From the NCBI GenBank assembly GCA_012026655.1, contig JAAILG010001080.1, positions 1 through 64,000 of the forward strand: DNA of 64,000 nt, given 5' to 3'. Shown here one piece after another: positions 52,555 to 64,000 of the stretch (position 1 is the first letter of the stretch; each line of letters starts with the position of its first letter). This stretch comes from Hydrolagus affinis. Its lineage: Eukaryota. Made by a program: the position numbers and the translations under genes. The notes below the pieces were generated by a model. The model did not search any database. It had not been told where the DNA came from and saw only the letters and a list, made by a program, of their open reading frames with translations.

Positions 52555-52805
52555 TGAACATACGGAAATTGAATGTAGGAACAGAGGAGGCTGTCCAACT
52601 CTTCTGGACTGTTTCATCAGTTTATTGGATCATGGCAGATCTTTTAATCCCATTTCCACACCTTTTCTCCACATCCCTTAATACCTTCACTTCCTAAGTA
52701 TCGCTCTATCTTCCCTTCTTAAACATCTCAACTGATCCCGACTCTTTCGGCTTTTTGGGGCAATGTATTCTACATCTTCACAAACCTCTGTGTCGAGAAA
52801 TGTTC
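52555..52805 (-). mobile_element. Old CR1 3' fragment
   Basis: ggaacagaggaggctgtcc...gatcatggcagatc...ctccacatcccttaatacc...ttcacaaacctctgtgtcgagaaatg. Confidence 0.6.
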
Positions 52806-53286
52806 ATTTTTTATTTTACTTCTAACTCCGAAGCTCCACTTGCATTAGCATGCACATATTTCAGAATGATTATCTCAGAATGATTTGGATGTCACTGGAA
52901 ATGACAGAACCCTAACCACGTGTCAATCAAAGCTAAATCTGTGTCACTGACGTGCTGAATGGCTTGCACAGGATCAGAACAAACTCATAAATTAAGTCAC
53001 AAATGTCAATAATATAAGGCGTAATGACTGATTGAACATTCCACTAATGGGCTCTGAATAAATTGTTGAAATCCTGCCCGATTTAATTGTTTGCATGACA
53101 TACCTGTGTAAGCATACAATTTACGTGCATTAAACAAGCATTGCTGGATATTTTCATCAGTGTTTAAATATCAGGGTTGAATTACAGTAACTTCACCAGA
53201 TGGGGTATTTGCAACACACAAAATTAAATGAGATTTGAGGGCAACATTAACGTTGTGGGCAGCATGATTTTTTGTGCGTGTCAAAC

Positions 53287-53748
53287 CTGGTTTAGTGTTA
53301 GCACTTCTGCCTCTGAGTGGTTCAAGCCCCAGTTGAGGACTTGGAATCACAACGTCTAAGATGACACTCCAATCCAGTGCTGTGGTGGTGCTGGTTGGGG
53401 AGGTGGTAAGGGAGAGGGGTGGTGGGGGGGTGGGGGGTGGGGGGGGGAATAGTGGGGGGAAGGTTGCATTGCTGGAGGTGCCATCTTTTGGATGAAACAT
53501 TACGCAGCGGTCCCATCTGCCTGTTCAGGTGGACATTAGAGAACCCATGGCATTGTTTGAAAAGAGAAGGGAGTTTCTCCTGGTGTCTTGGTCAACGATC
53601 CCCACATGGCTGTTTGTGGGCCATTACTGTACACAAACTGGCTACCACGTTTCGCCTAAAGTCCACATTACAGTATACCCCCGCGAAGCACTTTGAGACA
53701 TCTCGATGAGGTAATAAGGCACTATATCAAATACAAGGATGATCATTT
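53287..53748 (+). mobile_element. Near full-length older tRNA-Deu-L2 SINE with an internal G-rich expansion
   Basis: Head, then ttgcattgctggaggtgccatcttttggatgaaac...gggagtttctcctggtgtcttggtcaac...gctgtttgtggg, then tail aagcactttgagacatc. Confidence 0.8.
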
Positions 53749-55617
53749 TTATGTCCGTAAAATAAATTCTGTTTTCTGTTTTCTAGGTTTCAGCAACTTA
53801 AATCTTTCATGAGGCATTTCATAACAATTTGCATTTAAGATATCTGGTATTCATTTTGATCCTTCAATCCAACACTTCTCAATGATCAGTCTGAGCACTG
53901 GCCCCAGTCCTGGAAGCCTGGGAAAATCAAAACTTCTCCCTTTCGCTTGCGAGGCGAGTCACTCAGTCCATATCTTATTCAATGCAATATTCTATAGAAC
54001 CCCACATATATCTGATTCATTGCAGGACTCCAATAATATGTAGCGCCCTGCGTGGAGGGTGCTAAATAAGTGGAAGTTGTTGTTTTTGAGTATCTTATAG
54101 CTTTTCTCGATAAAAAAACCTAGACGAACTATTACAATCACTGCCTCAGCACTCCCAACCTACCTCCCCCCTCCCGCCCCCACCCCCCGACTGACTTCGA
54201 CTGAATGAACTTTACAAGCTGTGATCTGCGTTACTGCATGGACTGTTGGCGTCAGTGTCAACTCCACAGAGAGTGAACATCTGTCAGCCAAACTGAGAGC
54301 AACCTTGGCAACACTCCATCCATCCCACTCCCCCGACCAACGGTGTAAACATGACAGTGACGGAGCAGAACAGGGATCTGCAGGAGGGAAGGCGGAGAGT
54401 GGATATATAAATTTTTGAAAAGCTATATTTCAGCATCCTTTTCATCTCTGCTGTCGGAACCTTTTATGGTCCTTTCAAATTCATGAAAGGGTTGAAATAT
54501 GCACGAGAATATTCGGTGAATCGCACAAACCTTTGCAGAGCGGCTGTGCGATATTTAGTTTTTCATAAACAAACTTAATCTTAGTAACGTTTTGTTGATC
54601 TTAAAGCCATTGTGCTATATGTAGACAATGCACGGAGGAGTGACAGTCTGTGGTTTAAAAGAAACTAGAGAGCGTATTTTTTTTCAGCAGAGCCAATGGC
54701 AACATGGATTCCTACATGATCATAGTTAGAAGCGGTTTGACACAATGTAGACCAGAGATTTCTCTGCCACCGGCAACTTGCTTTTTAGAGATAAGCTCTC
54801 ACACTTCTTCAGGGTGACATTTCCATTCTTCACATTCTCTATCCAGGTGGCCTCTGTGAGTGTGACTGAGGAATTGATGCCAATTAGCATTAAACCACAG
54901 AGCTGAGCTGAGCTGTGGACACAAGGCATCTGGGAATTTGATCAAGGCTGTCCAAAACACATTCCATTTCAGTTTTCTTAACCGTCGCACGAAAAGCAGC
55001 CATGTTACCCCCATTACAACATTTAAACCATTCTTAGAGATAATGGAAAACACTCTAAAGGTATCAGAGCTATCATAAGACTCTCATGAACATTGAAAAA
55101 CTGAGCAAAGCAGAACGGAATGTGCTAAAATCACACATCACATCACAGCAGTAAATCAATCTAATTCACTATAAGTGGAAGAAAACTCTCTATATCCCAA
55201 AAAAAAGGCCACACTAAATTAGGGAGTTTGAATGTTTTCTGACATTTTCGGCAGGGACAATCGGACACGTACGGAAACCCATCACCGGGTTTCAACTCCG
55301 TCTCAACCCCTCTGCCTTGCCCATCTTGAGATCATGCCTGAAATCATGTCCCCTCTGACCATGCCTATGGTTGCCTTTCCTCCCTCTGCCCAGCTCGACA
55401 TCAAGGTCCCACCACTGTTAAGCATTCCAAGTGAAGGCTGCTTTACAAATGCCAAGTTGTTCAAAGTATTCAAACCAGATTGAAATTTCCACGGTACTGT
55501 ATAGGTCACCTTCACGTAGAAATTTCCCTGCACACTTTTTCTCCTTGGAGGGAATCACTGCTTACAATTCATTCTGGAGAGTAAGTAATGTTGGTGTGTA
55601 GAGTATGGCATTTGACT

Positions 55618-55716
55618 TTTGACTCGGTCCCGGGATCCGTTATTGTGAAGCGCTCTGAGACGCCTTCCAGCCTGGAGGGCGCTATACAAATCAAATTTTT
55701 TGTTGTTGTTGTTGTT
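55618..55716 (+). mobile_element. L2 3' tail
   Basis: ctcggtcccgggatccgttattgtgaagcgctctgagacgccttccagcctggagggcgctata...(gtt)n; homologous to 38328-38415. Confidence 0.8.
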
Positions 55717-55738
55717 GACTAGTTTTGCAGAAGCCATA

Positions 55739-55970
55739 AATAATAATCCTTGCATTTTATATAGCACCTTATCATGTTTTCGAGATATCTCAAAGCACTT
55801 CACTTGATATGCTGTAAAGTATAGTGAATGTATTTTGTGGGCCAAATACGGCAGCCAATTGCACACAGCAGTGTCCCACTAACAGTCGTGGATTGAGTGA
55901 CCAAATTAGTATTTTTTTTGAAGGGATTATTACCCCCAGAAAAGCAATCTGCCAATCGACGAACAACCAG
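55739..55970 (-). mobile_element. 5'-truncated SINE, long form
   Basis: Family tail and body plus the extra segment cccagaaaagcaatctgccaatcgacgaacaaccag. Confidence 0.85.
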
Positions 55971-56771
55971 TATACTTTGTTACTGCATATTTGAGGCGAT
56001 TCCCACGCACAGGAGTCATTGAGTGCATGATCAACAAAGGTATTGACTGGCAAACAATGAACGGTGGAGGAATTGGAAGGCTATATTCCGGCGATCATTG
56101 ACGAAGGGTGGGTTCCTGCACACTCACTGCTGGGAGTTCATTCATTTCTCAGACAGGTTCCATTTGACTTGTTACTTTTCTGAAAAACCCCCAGTGAGAT
56201 GGAAGAGATTTGGTGCTTGGATATAAATTACTTTCTTGTTCAAATTTCGAAATGCCTCCAAAATGTGCTGCATATAAAGAAACGTGTCTCTGATGTCTAA
56301 ATAGTTCCAAATGCACTGTAAATGCAACCATAGAAATTCTATTTTTTCTGCAGGGAATAAAGTGTGGACAGTTTTGAAATAATAGGACTCTGGCGTGATT
56401 TACACTGATGGATTAAATGTCATACTTCAAAAGTCGCTGTTTCAATCATGCGGGAACTCAAGAGATGAGTTCCTCTTAAGAAGCGTCAACCATGTGTGGT
56501 TACGTTTCAAGTGCAGAACGCTGAAATGTCACACAATGACGTCAAAATGGGAATTGAAATCTCAGCGATATCCAAAGGAATTTCATAGGATGGACTCCGG
56601 AGTAGCAATCCCTTCCTGTAACAAGAAGTGTGGCACGGAGTCTCGCCAAGCAATCACTTTGGGAACGGAGATTGGTTCATACTCATCCCGATTGACATCA
56701 CCAGGTGGTGTCCAGGAGTTCTGCCAGACAGGGCAGGTTCCTAGTGTTCCTTCATGAAGTCAAGTTATATG

Positions 56772-57526
56772 ATAATAATAATAATAATCCTTGCATTTGA
56801 TATGACACTTCTCAAATCTTCTGGGTGTCTCAAAGCGCTTCACAGAATATACTGTAAAGTGAATTGACACTATATTTATGCATGAAATGTGGCAGCCAAT
56901 TTGTGCACAACAGTGTCCCACAAACATTCGTGGATTGAGTGAGCAAATCATATTTGATATTTTTATAGGAATTATTACCGCCGGAAAAGCGATCCGCCAA
57001 TCGATGAACAACCAGGTTCCTCTTTACCGCTAGGTAAACAGAGGCATGTGGAGTAAGGAAACTTGCCCAACATAGAAGGTTTGGGAAGTTTTCAAAATGA
57101 TCAGGGGATTCGATAGGATGAACACGGAGAAACTATTTCCACTGGCGGGTGCGTTGGTAACCAGAGGACACCGATTTAAAATAGTTATTAAAAGAAACAG
57201 AGGGGAGGAGAGGAGGCAATTTTTCACGCAGTTGAGTTGTTCAGATACGAAATGCACTGCCTGAAACAGTGGTGGAAGTCAATTCGATAACAACTTTTAA
57301 GAGAGATGTAGATAGTTATTTAGGGAAGACAGGTTTGCAGGGCTATGGGGAGAGAGATGAGTGGGATTGATTTTGACAGTTCTTTTCAAGGAACCAGCAC
57401 AGATACAATGGGTCGAATAGCCTCTTCCTGTGCTGAATAATTCTAGGATATCTATAACCACATTTCGGCCAGCTCGGGGCTCTTGCTTGCAAGGAGAGTT
57501 CACTAACCACTGAGCTACGGGACTCT
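56772..57526 (-). mobile_element. Full-length long-form SINE split by a CR1 insertion
   Basis: Body and tail at 56772-57070; tRNA-like head at about 57462-57526 (agagtcccgtagctcagtggttag). Confidence 0.85.
57071..57454 (+). mobile_element. CR1 LINE 3' fragment nested in the SINE
   Basis: EVFKMIRGFDRMNTEKLFPLAGALVTRGHRFKIVIKRNRGEERRQFFTQ plus 3' UTR; similar to 23250-23629. Confidence 0.9.
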
Positions 57527-58274
57527 ACTTTACTCAGTAATGAAAGTAAAAACTCTTATAGTTGAGACATGGAGTCACTGAACCATCAATAAGCTCCTAA
57601 TATTATATGATCAGATTTACTTTGGTAACTTCCCTGCTAACTCACAGGCTTTGTTTGGAGTGTTCAATGTTACATCTCCCAGCTGATATAAACATACAGA
57701 GTGCATGCCAATTATTTCTCAAGGGCACTCAAAACACATTGTGTGCCAGTGTGCTCCATACTCTACCTTGGTAGAGATAGTTTGAAAGCTGGGCTGAGGT
57801 TTACAGGCAATTAATTATACCGCACAGAGAGGTTCACAGAGGTGAACTCGCTCTCATTAAAAAGAAGATTGAGGAGGTCTAAACCACTGAGTGGCATACA
57901 GCAGGACGATGTAAGGTGGATTTTGTGTCTTAAACCATGGGAACAAAGCTGGAGGGCTGTGTCCTGAGGTCAAAAACCATGATGCTTTTGTTTCAAAGAC
58001 AACAGTCAATCTCAGCTCCTACATACGGTACAATAATTCATTAATCTCACTTTACTGATATCAAGAACACTGCACTCCATACAGATAACGGCTGGAAGCA
58101 GTAAGACATGTATCAGTCTCTTGCTAAAGTCTAAACTATTCTATAGAAAGTTAGGCAAACAACAGTATGATGCTCAAAGGAGACATCTCAGATGGGGACC
58201 TTCTAGAGGCATGTAAAATCCCAAATGGGATTCTTATTATTAATAATAATTAATATATGGTTAATATTAATAAT

Positions 58275-58690
58275 GATAATCCTGGCACATGGTATAGCGA
58301 CTTTATTATGTCATCGAGACTTCTCAAAGTGCTTCTGTGAAGTGGACATACTGCAAAGTGAGTCGATTGCATATTTTGTGGGTGAAACGTGGTAGCTGGT
58401 CTGAAGGATTGAAAAAGGATACCCAGAACAATACTTGGGGATGCTTTTTTTTCCAGTCAGTTGAATAAAGTACACAGGTTGACAGCAACAAAGTGAAGTT
58501 TCAAAACAGACATTGGGAAGATTTTCGTTTTGCCCAGAGGGTAAAATTAACAACCGGAACAAGTTTTCACAAACGGTGGTTGAGGCCAGGACACTGTACT
58601 GGTTTCAAAACAGCTCAGTGCTCTGATGGGGAGCTTGGAATGGTGAGATCAAATTGGATAAAGCGCCTTTTTCATCCAAACCTATCTTGA
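58275..58690. mobile_element. SINE 3' fragment (-, 58275-58398) adjoining an old CR1-like fragment (+, 58400-58690)
   Basis: ctcaaagtgcttctgtgaag...attttgtgggtgaaacgtggtagc, then cagagggtaaaattaacaaccggaacaag...gtggttgaggccaggac. Confidence 0.6.
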
Positions 58691-59589
58691 AATATTCCAC
58701 AGAATCACATTGTCTGAAATAGTATGAATTCACATAGTCTGAAACACACATAGTAATGAAACGGACCAATTGGCCCAACTAGTAGTCATATCCTACACGG
58801 CACCACAGTTTATTCAGAGCCGTTAGTCAACCCCACTCATTGTTATTCAGTAAGCAGAACTCCACTTCAAACCTGATAATGTCAGCAAGCTACCATTCCA
58901 ACTCTTCAAACTAGCTAACTTCAGCAACTCACATTTCTAATTCAGCTTAAGATCCGATTATACCCTAGGAATAAAACGCAGATGCCTCAAAGTCAAAAGT
59001 CAACCACAAATCTCGAAAAATAAAATCTGTGTTTATCGAATGGAGTTTCTTTCAGAGAATGAAACTAATGGAAAATGATATTTCTAAAGTGGAGCCAGTC
59101 AGTCCCAGGATTGACATTAATAAATCTCTGTGCCACCATTGACTGCATAATAGATTTTTTTCCTCCTCAAAGAAGATGCAGGTAAAGTATGTATTTAAGT
59201 GAATGTATAGGAACGGAAGACGTTTTGGGATCAAGAAAGCGTCACTTAGGTTAAAGATATGCGTTCCCTCCATGATTCTCAAACATATCTAACCACCAAC
59301 TCAGCATTAACTTCAATGCCTTCTCACTCTTTAGTGTCTGATGTTTACACTGCACTTTACAATATATCCTGTGAAATGTTTAGAAACATCCTCCTGATGT
59401 GAAAGGTGCTGCATTAAAATGTACTGATTATTATTTATTGTACTGTATTATTATTTATGTTATTTATGTCGTGTGGTTCTATGGCCTTCGCTGGGAATTT
59501 CTGTTCGAAGTCTGTAATCCTTTGTGGACTATATGTTTTGTCCAACTTACGTCTGTTCAAAGTTGGGAATGATTTTGTGCCTTTGAACC

Positions 59590-59820
59590 CTTCATTCCAT
59601 CGGTAGCCATGCCTTCAGCCACTGTACTCCTAAACCTCTAGAATACCCTGCCTCAATCCCTGCACCTTGTCGACTCTTTAATCTACCTTTAAATACTACT
59701 TTCAGACATAACTCCTTCACCACTTAACCTTCTTCCTTGTTCAGTGGCCATCCCTGCATCAGTGCAGTGCTCTGAGATGCTGCCACGTGTGAAGGGCGCT
59801 ATTTAAGTGCAAGTGCTGTT
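59590..59820 (+). mobile_element. Degenerate L2 3' end
   Basis: ccatcggtagccatgccttcagcc (IGSHAFS)...gtgctctgagatgc...gtgaagggcgctatttaagtgcaag. Confidence 0.6.
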
Positions 59821-60825
59821 ACCAAAGTACGTAATAATTAGCCTCAACACATTACAAACCTCCCAATATAATTTACTCCACCTTAGACATTATTATTGTT
59901 CTGAGATTAAGCCTCAGATCAGATCCTAAGAAAGCACTAATAAAAAGAAGAGAGCAATTGGCCCAAGTCTGCTCCTGCCTTAAAATCTACCCTGACGGCT
60001 CAATTACTTATTAGCAAGTCTGTCAGTTGTTAAATAAAATTGCCCACGTGTGACAGGGTAATGAAACCAGTTCATTTGTTAGTGCCAAAGGGTTTCAAAA
60101 TATCCAGCTCCGCACTAGTTATCTGGAAGCTGGGAACCATTAAACCCCAACCTATGTTAGGGCCACCATAAACGCACAGCACTTGTGCATTCACTGCAAA
60201 TGCAGTTGTGATGGACTTGATAATCCTGATGGAAGACGTGCTTACACGCTCAGTGAATGGTGTCCATTCTCCTTCACCTTCACCCTATAAGAAACTGCAT
60301 TATAGTAACCCAGAGCTACTTTATATACAGAGTTATTTAACTCGATAATGAGCTAAAGCGGCGCATATAGCTCACTAACTGTAATCATTTACTGCTGTGT
60401 TGAACTTGCAACTCAAGTGCCCTTAATGTCTGGATTGTAGCTTTCTGCCTTTCCGGTAATTTGATGGTAAAATTACCAATGCTCCATAACCTTGGCCCTT
60501 GGTCTGATTTACACTCCTGAGATTAAGTCAGCTGTCGATCACACCCCCCCAATTCTCCCTTTCCCCACCATTTGTGTGTTTTTTCAAAAAGGCTCGTTTG
60601 CACCAATTCACCATTGTAAGAAACAGTCACTGCTAACAAGTGAAAGGAATAATTACAGTCAAAATTAGCATAGATACATTTCAGCCCGGGTGTCATCTGC
60701 ATTAAATATTGAGAGGAAACAGAAAGGAATTTTGAAATCGAGGGATGGCGTGAGCGAGTTCAGGAAAAAGAAAGCTGGTTTTCGGGTGGGTGTGGAATAG
60801 CTATGGTTACTTTGCAGTCAGTAAC

Positions 60826-61203
60826 AACCAGGTCGTTAGCAGATTGCTTTTCCGAGGGTAATAGTTCCTTCCTTGTGGGACGCTGGAGTGTGCAAATTGG
60901 CTGCTGCATTTCGCCCATAAAATATACAGTCAATTCACTTTACAGTTTATTCTGTGAAACTCTTTAAAGTGTCTCAAAAATGTGACAAGGAACCATATAA
61001 CAATAATAAAATTCACTTCAATCCACGCCTGTTTGTGAGATTGCTGTGCATAGTTGTCTGCCGCGTTTTGCCCACAAATAGTCACAACACTTTACAGGGT
61101 ATTCTGTGAAGCGCTTTGAGATCTCTAAAAGACGTGAATAGCGCTATATCAAATGCAGGGATTAATCTTATCATTATATCAAATGCAAGGATTACTATTA
61201 TTG
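60826..61203 (+). mobile_element. Tandem pair of SINE 3' halves (about 60826-61000 and 61013-61203)
   Basis: Two successive Deu-like body plus tail units; the first carries the long-form segment gcagattgcttttccg. Confidence 0.8.
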
Positions 61204-62604
61204 TTAATACTGCAAAAGCTAAACTAAACATCCTTACGCCGTTTTGATTCACTTCCAAACAGCTATTATTAAATATTCAACCTGAGGTTTTACATGGAAA
61301 CATTAAAAATACCCAGTGCATTATTTTAAACCAACAAGATCCTTTAGGCTCAGATCCAATAGGACCACATTACACAGGATACCTCTCTGCCAGCAGTGAG
61401 AGATGGGAGCAAATTTTCAAACCAAACATACTCAGTCTTACAAGTCGATGTATTTACCCTTATCCTCCCTGTTGATCGCACAAAAGCGTTCAACTTAAAC
61501 CACATACCTAACGGTTTTATTGTCAAACCAAAGTACGATATGATTAATGAATGCATTGAAGAGAAAACTTGATACATACATAAGGGTAAGGGAATAGAGG
61601 AGTGTGTGAGGGGTAGGGGTGGGGGAGAGCGCACATGAAACATAAACAGCATGTGGCCTATTTCCGTGCCGTATCATTCTATTCAATATATGATGTGAAA
61701 AAATATCCCCACAAACCCCATGAGGTGCATTAAATATCAGGTTACTCGCAACTGCATGAAAATGTAGCTGGTTATCACCAATTGAAGGCTGGAAGCAAGG
61801 TTTTAAGTCTGACCATTTAATTTGGCACGCTGGCTGTTGGGCTCAGCTATTCAGCCTGTCCATCATACTGCATTCACGGAGGTACAAGCTTGTGTTGTAT
61901 TCCGGACACATTCTTCGATCTTCAACTCAGTGCTTTTGCTGGCTATCCATTATCATTCTGATACATGTACAAAATACAGTCCCCAGATGATAACAGGACA
62001 GACTGCTTCAGGCAATCAAACCCACCTACTCACTTTACAATCAGGTTCCTTAGAACTTGATTTTATAGATTTCTCAATATACCTGTCTCCTGAAATACTA
62101 ATTTACTAGAGCTGTTGACCATGCAACTTAGCTACTTGATAGGGTTGACAAGACTGTCACTGTACTTTAGCTGGCACAAAGCCCTTCGCAAACCCTCTAA
62201 TCTGGATAAACCATTGCTTTTCCCCATTCCTTTGCTTATACTCACAGTTCAGCAATTTAGAGATGTGACGGGGAGTGTAAGCAGAGAAGGCAGTTTAATA
62301 AGGAGGTTGATTACCAAATAATTGTAGGTACCAGTGTCAAACACGCATTGTCGGAAAGCCACTCTGGGCTTTGAAAAAGCTAATGTGAATTAATTGTACA
62401 TGAGCTTCAGAAGAGTTCAACCATATCTCTTTTGCATCTCTTTCCGTTTCCTGGCTGGATTTTGGTTCAGATGGGCAATATTTCTCCAAATAAATAAGTC
62501 CAAGGCCCACAAATCCACACTTAGCTTCAGCTAATATTGTGCAGAGCTGCAGAAAATCTTTCAATGCATTCTTAAATTTGGAAGCCGAATTATTTTTAAT
62601 CCCT

Positions 62605-62700
62605 TGAATCCCTCAAAATAAATCAATACTAAATTGGTCATTTCAATCCATGATTGTTTGTGGGATACTGCTGTGCTCAATTGGCTGCCACGTTTTGTCC
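62605..62700 (+). mobile_element. SINE internal fragment
   Basis: aatccctcaaaa...aaattggtcatttcaatccatgattgtttgtgggatactgctgtgctcaattggctgccacg. Confidence 0.75.
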
Positions 62701-64000
62701 TCGGTCCTGCGCATCTGTCAATCTAATGAGCACAACGTTATTGCCCTCCCCCACCACCACCAAAAAAAGAAAATTGCATTGCAAAATAAATGTTAAAAGA
62801 AAGCCCTTTGAGAATTATGCCTTAACAGTTCTCAGCAACCCTTTACCAACCACATGCTTTTTAGTCTTGTTTCACTATCTTGTAATTTACCCAAGTAAAA
62901 TTTTACACGAGTAAAAGAATCAGAGAATGATTACTCTTATAAAGATTTGAAAGTATTTTAGGCAGAAAAAAATAAAATGTCCTGTGTTATAACTAGGCCC
63001 GCAAAAGAAAAAAAATAGTAGCTGTGCCAATAGGCTTTTTACCAATGACTGTTGCTTTTTAAAAAAATTAACTTGATTGATGCATTAATGTTTCAACAGA
63101 AAATTGAATGGAGTCTTGACAAGCATTAGATAAGACAGTATTAGTGAGATCTGGAAGCAAAGTTATAGTATGGGGACACTACTGAATGCAAAGCTATGCG
63201 TCAGCAGATATTAGAGTCTGTTTTGGCAGATTCCAAAACAATTTTCTCTTCCAGTTGTAAGATAAATTATATAATGACTATTATCAGCAATGACCGGGAC
63301 TGCTAACTTTAATCCCACATGAATGCTTTTTCCATGGGATTTAAGGGTTGAACTCCTGCTGAAATCCTTCTTTACTAAATCGTACCATTCTTGGGATCAT
63401 GGCTAAATGTGATGATTTTAAATAAGGGATTGAAGAACCAAGCAAGCTCCTGACACAGTCACAACCAGTTTGAGGTCCACCAACCTAATACAGTACAACT
63501 CAGATTTACTGATGATGTTTGATGTGCAGCCTTATTGTTAATAATCCTCGCATTTTATATGGGGTGCCTTTCACTCAGGTGAAGTTTCAAAGCACTTCAA
63601 AGTATTTACTGGAAAGCGTATTGACTGTTACACTTCAGCAAATCCAATGAGGGGTGAGGGGTGGTTAGGGGAAAAGAGATGGAAATGCACCCCATTCCCC
63701 TACCTCAAAAGCCACAAAAGTAGGTAGAAATCAGATCCAACATCTCTCTTGGACAACAAAATAGCTTCTTCACAGGCATTCTTTCCTTATCTCCAACAAA
63801 AATACTTTAATCTAAAAGCACTCCACATTACTATCCACTACTAGAATGTAGTGCTCTGCTAACAGAATGTGAATAGTGAAGAGAAACATGTCATCCAAGG
63901 ACCAACGTTACATCTAGTCTTAGTCTTTAAAGCCCTTCTTTGTCTCACAGTGTATGAATTGTGGAAATTCCTAAACTCGATCTTAACCTCGATGCCGGTT

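Larger units (their letters stand above)
1..64000 (-). other. CDH13: CDH13 transcription unit spanning the whole window (introns: >19 kb, about 30.4 kb, 4.9 kb, 760 bp, >7.9 kb)
   Basis: The four exons are collinear and frame-compatible. No upstream or downstream CDH13 exon was recognised, so both window ends are inferred to be intronic. Confidence 0.85.

Noticed and set aside
44825-64000. Additional upstream CDH13 exon (DQNDN motif), and a downstream exon in 1-7985
   Set aside because: No cadherin-like peptide was found in the ORF track or by eye; these exons presumably lie outside the window.

Overview
Eukaryotic (vertebrate) genomic DNA lying entirely inside one gene: cadherin-13 (T-/H-cadherin, CDH13) on the minus strand. 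Four internal coding exons are present, read in transcript order: 44646-44824 (179 nt), 14092-14232 (141 nt), 9000-9182 (183 nt) and 7986-8239 (254 nt). All have canonical AG/GTAAG boundaries and join in frame; they encode the EC2-EC4 region and correspond to human exons 7-10 (numbering from recollection). The rest is intron, densely filled with retroposons: an abundant tRNA-headed SINE with CORE-like, Deu-like and L2-tail modules, an older full-Deu SINE, L2 and CR1 LINE 3' fragments, one pogo/Tigger-type MITE, simple repeats and two 100-N gaps. The repeat complement points to a cartilaginous fish, probably a chimaera such as Callorhinchus (inference). No prokaryotic-type system, CRISPR array or intact autonomous element is visible. 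The best leads are the modular SINE, reciprocal SINE/CR1 nesting, SINE geometry around exon 8, an unusual Cys in EC2, and a 32-bp-phased ATTCATTTG triplet. Repeat boundaries were read by eye and are approximate; family names come from recalled consensus sequences, not a database search.
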